Origin: a virus
Taxonomy: Duplodnaviria; Caudoviricetes
Reading direction: 5' to 3' (one strand)
IMG/VR virus record: IMGVR_UViG_3300033485_000050
Location: 1 to 35,424 of that record
DNA length: 35,424 bases
The position numbers were made by a program, and so were the translations under genes. Every line of letters begins with the position of its first letter. Within the stretch, counting starts at the first letter, position 1. Shown in pieces: positions 34,118 to 35,424 of this stretch. Under the pieces are notes generated by a model. The model worked only from the letters and a program-made list of their open reading frames with translations. It made no database searches and had not been told where the DNA came from.

Positions 34118-34546
34118 TTACTTATCGTTTTTAAGAGTTAAGAAAATATCTAATTGTGTGTTTACATCAGAAGAAGCAGTGTATTTAACACGAGCCCAAC
34201 CGAATGGAATTAATCTTTGATCTAATTTATAAACTCCGGCACCTGCCACGGAGACAGTGTTAGCGCCATAACCAGTACCTACCGCAGAAGAATCATCCAC
34301 GGATTTCACAGCTCCGGAACTGTTTTCAGCGCCGGCGGCATAAAGAGGTTTTACGCTCAATCCACCTGTGAATTGGCGATCATTAGATTGTTCTAGAATA
34401 GCTGTTCCTTGCGGAGAGCCTCCAGTAAAAACTACTGAGGCTGACAATTCTTGCCATTGTCTGACATCCACCCATTCAGTTGTATATGAATTGGATACAC
34501 TGGAAGTAAGTGCATATCCATCAACAAGTTTCGAAGAATTAAACAT
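34118..34546 (-). CDS. Putative virion structural protein
   Basis: 142 aa beta-rich, LEQSND...WARVKYT jelly-roll-like pattern; RBS AAGGA. Confidence 0.5.
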   Translation of the reverse strand: MFNSSKLVDGYALTSSVSNSYTTEWVDVRQWQELSASVVFTGGSPQGTAILEQSNDRQFTGGLSVKPLYAAGAENSSGAVKSVDDSSAVGTGYGANTVSVAGAGVYKLDQRLIPFGWARVKYTASSDVNTQLDIFLTLKNDK

Positions 34547-34585
34547 AGTATTTTTCCTTTATTATATGAGATTGTATTGATAACT

Positions 34586-35424
34586 TTATAGTTTGGTTAT
34601 TCTTTGTGCCGCAGTGTAAGGAGAAATCTTATCTGCTTTTAATGGTTTACTATTACCTTGTGATTTAGGTGGTGGTTGGTTAGTTGATTGAGTCTTACCA
34701 TAAGTAGCTTGTAACGCAGATCCATTTCTTAATCCAGGATCTAATGGAGCACCCATAATAATAGAAGCTGTTAATCTTTGTTGATAAGGCAAATTAACCT
34801 TACCAGAATAAGCCTCTTTAACAATCTCTTCTCTCATTTTTTGTAAGATCGCCGGATTTAATTCCGCCACCAAAGCTACCTGCTTAGAAGTAACACGACC
34901 ATGCTTTAAACCATCCATTAAAGCATATGGATTCATGGCTACTTTTAACAAACCATCAATCTCTGCCATTTGACTTGGTGTTGGTTCAAATTTCTTTTCT
35001 TTACCAGTAAAAGCTTCTGGTTGTTTATTATTGTACATGTTAACAATTTGATTTAAGGTTTGAATCTTTTGTTGATAATCTGTGTACAATTGTCCTGCCA
35101 ATTGAGGATGATCTTTGAAGATTGGCGCAATGTATAATTCGAAGTTCTTTTGCATCATCTCAGAAGAACTTGATAATGCTGCCAATCTATCAGATAATCT
35201 ATTGAATTGTTGACTTTTAGTTAAACCATTAGCCTCAGTTCCAAGAATGGACTTGATAGGATCTTTCTCTGGCACAAATGCCGCCGGAACTTTGATAGCT
35301 CCAATTTTAAGAACTGTACCCATATCTTTAAGATATTGAGGAATTTCTCCTATCTTAGATTCCATATTTTTAATAGCATCCACTGTAAGATAAGAACCAA
35401 TTGCTTGAGATAATTTATTTTTAA
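34586..35424 (-). CDS. Large internal virion/ejection protein, 3' part (continuation of the gene starting at 2317)
   Basis: 35383 corresponds to position 184; 2317-184=2133 nt=711 codons, in frame; 711+265=976 aa. Confidence 0.8.
   Translation of the reverse strand, partial: KNKLSQAIGSYLTVDAIKNMESKIGEIPQYLKDMGTVLKIGAIKVPAAFVPEKDPIKSILGTEANGLTKSQQFNRLSDRLAALSSSSEMMQKNFELYIAPIFKDHPQLAGQLYTDYQQKIQTLNQIVNMYNNKQPEAFTGKEKKFEPTPSQMAEIDGLLKVAMNPYALMDGLKHGRVTSKQVALVAELNPAILQKMREEIVKEAYSGKVNLPYQQRLTASIIMGAPLDPGLRNGSALQATYGKTQSTNQPPPKSQGNSKPLKADKISPYTAAQRITKL
35200..35424. repeat. Terminal direct repeat, right copy
   Basis: Matches 1-225. Confidence 0.97.

Noticed and set aside
1-35424. Alternative genetic code or diversity-generating retroelement
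   Set aside because: Core genes are full length in the standard code, the tRNA is not a suppressor, and there is no RT or adenine-variable TR/VR pair

Overview
The window is an apparently complete, AT-rich tailed-phage genome of 35,199 bp. Positions 1-225 repeat at 35200-35424, so it circularises. The layout is podovirus-like. On the minus strand lie a putative small terminase, a GNAT, large terminase, portal, scaffold, major capsid, adaptor, fibres, nozzle and five large low-complexity internal/ejection proteins. The last of these is a 976-aa gene crossing the window ends, which the ORF track shows only in part; it is followed by a distal fibre and two single-TM holin/spanin-like genes. Replication is minimal: a small ribbon-helix-helix gene, a VirE/VapE-type helicase and an iteron-rich origin. 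I recognise no polymerase, primase, integrase or endolysin. Also present are tRNA-Gly(TCC), GIY-YIG and HNH homing endonucleases, a GIY-YIG remnant and a plus-strand block of small early genes. The most notable observations are: (1) three tandem virion proteins that each end in a Peptidase_S74/intramolecular-chaperone cleavage motif, with only the last keeping the full domain; (2) a ~138-nt structured, probably pseudoknotted RNA candidate upstream of the tRNA; (3) a plasmid-like copG/antisense/iteron replicon arrangement; (4) a myxobacterial-style Cys-rich lipoprotein. All product calls come from reading motifs and gene order by eye; no database searches were run.
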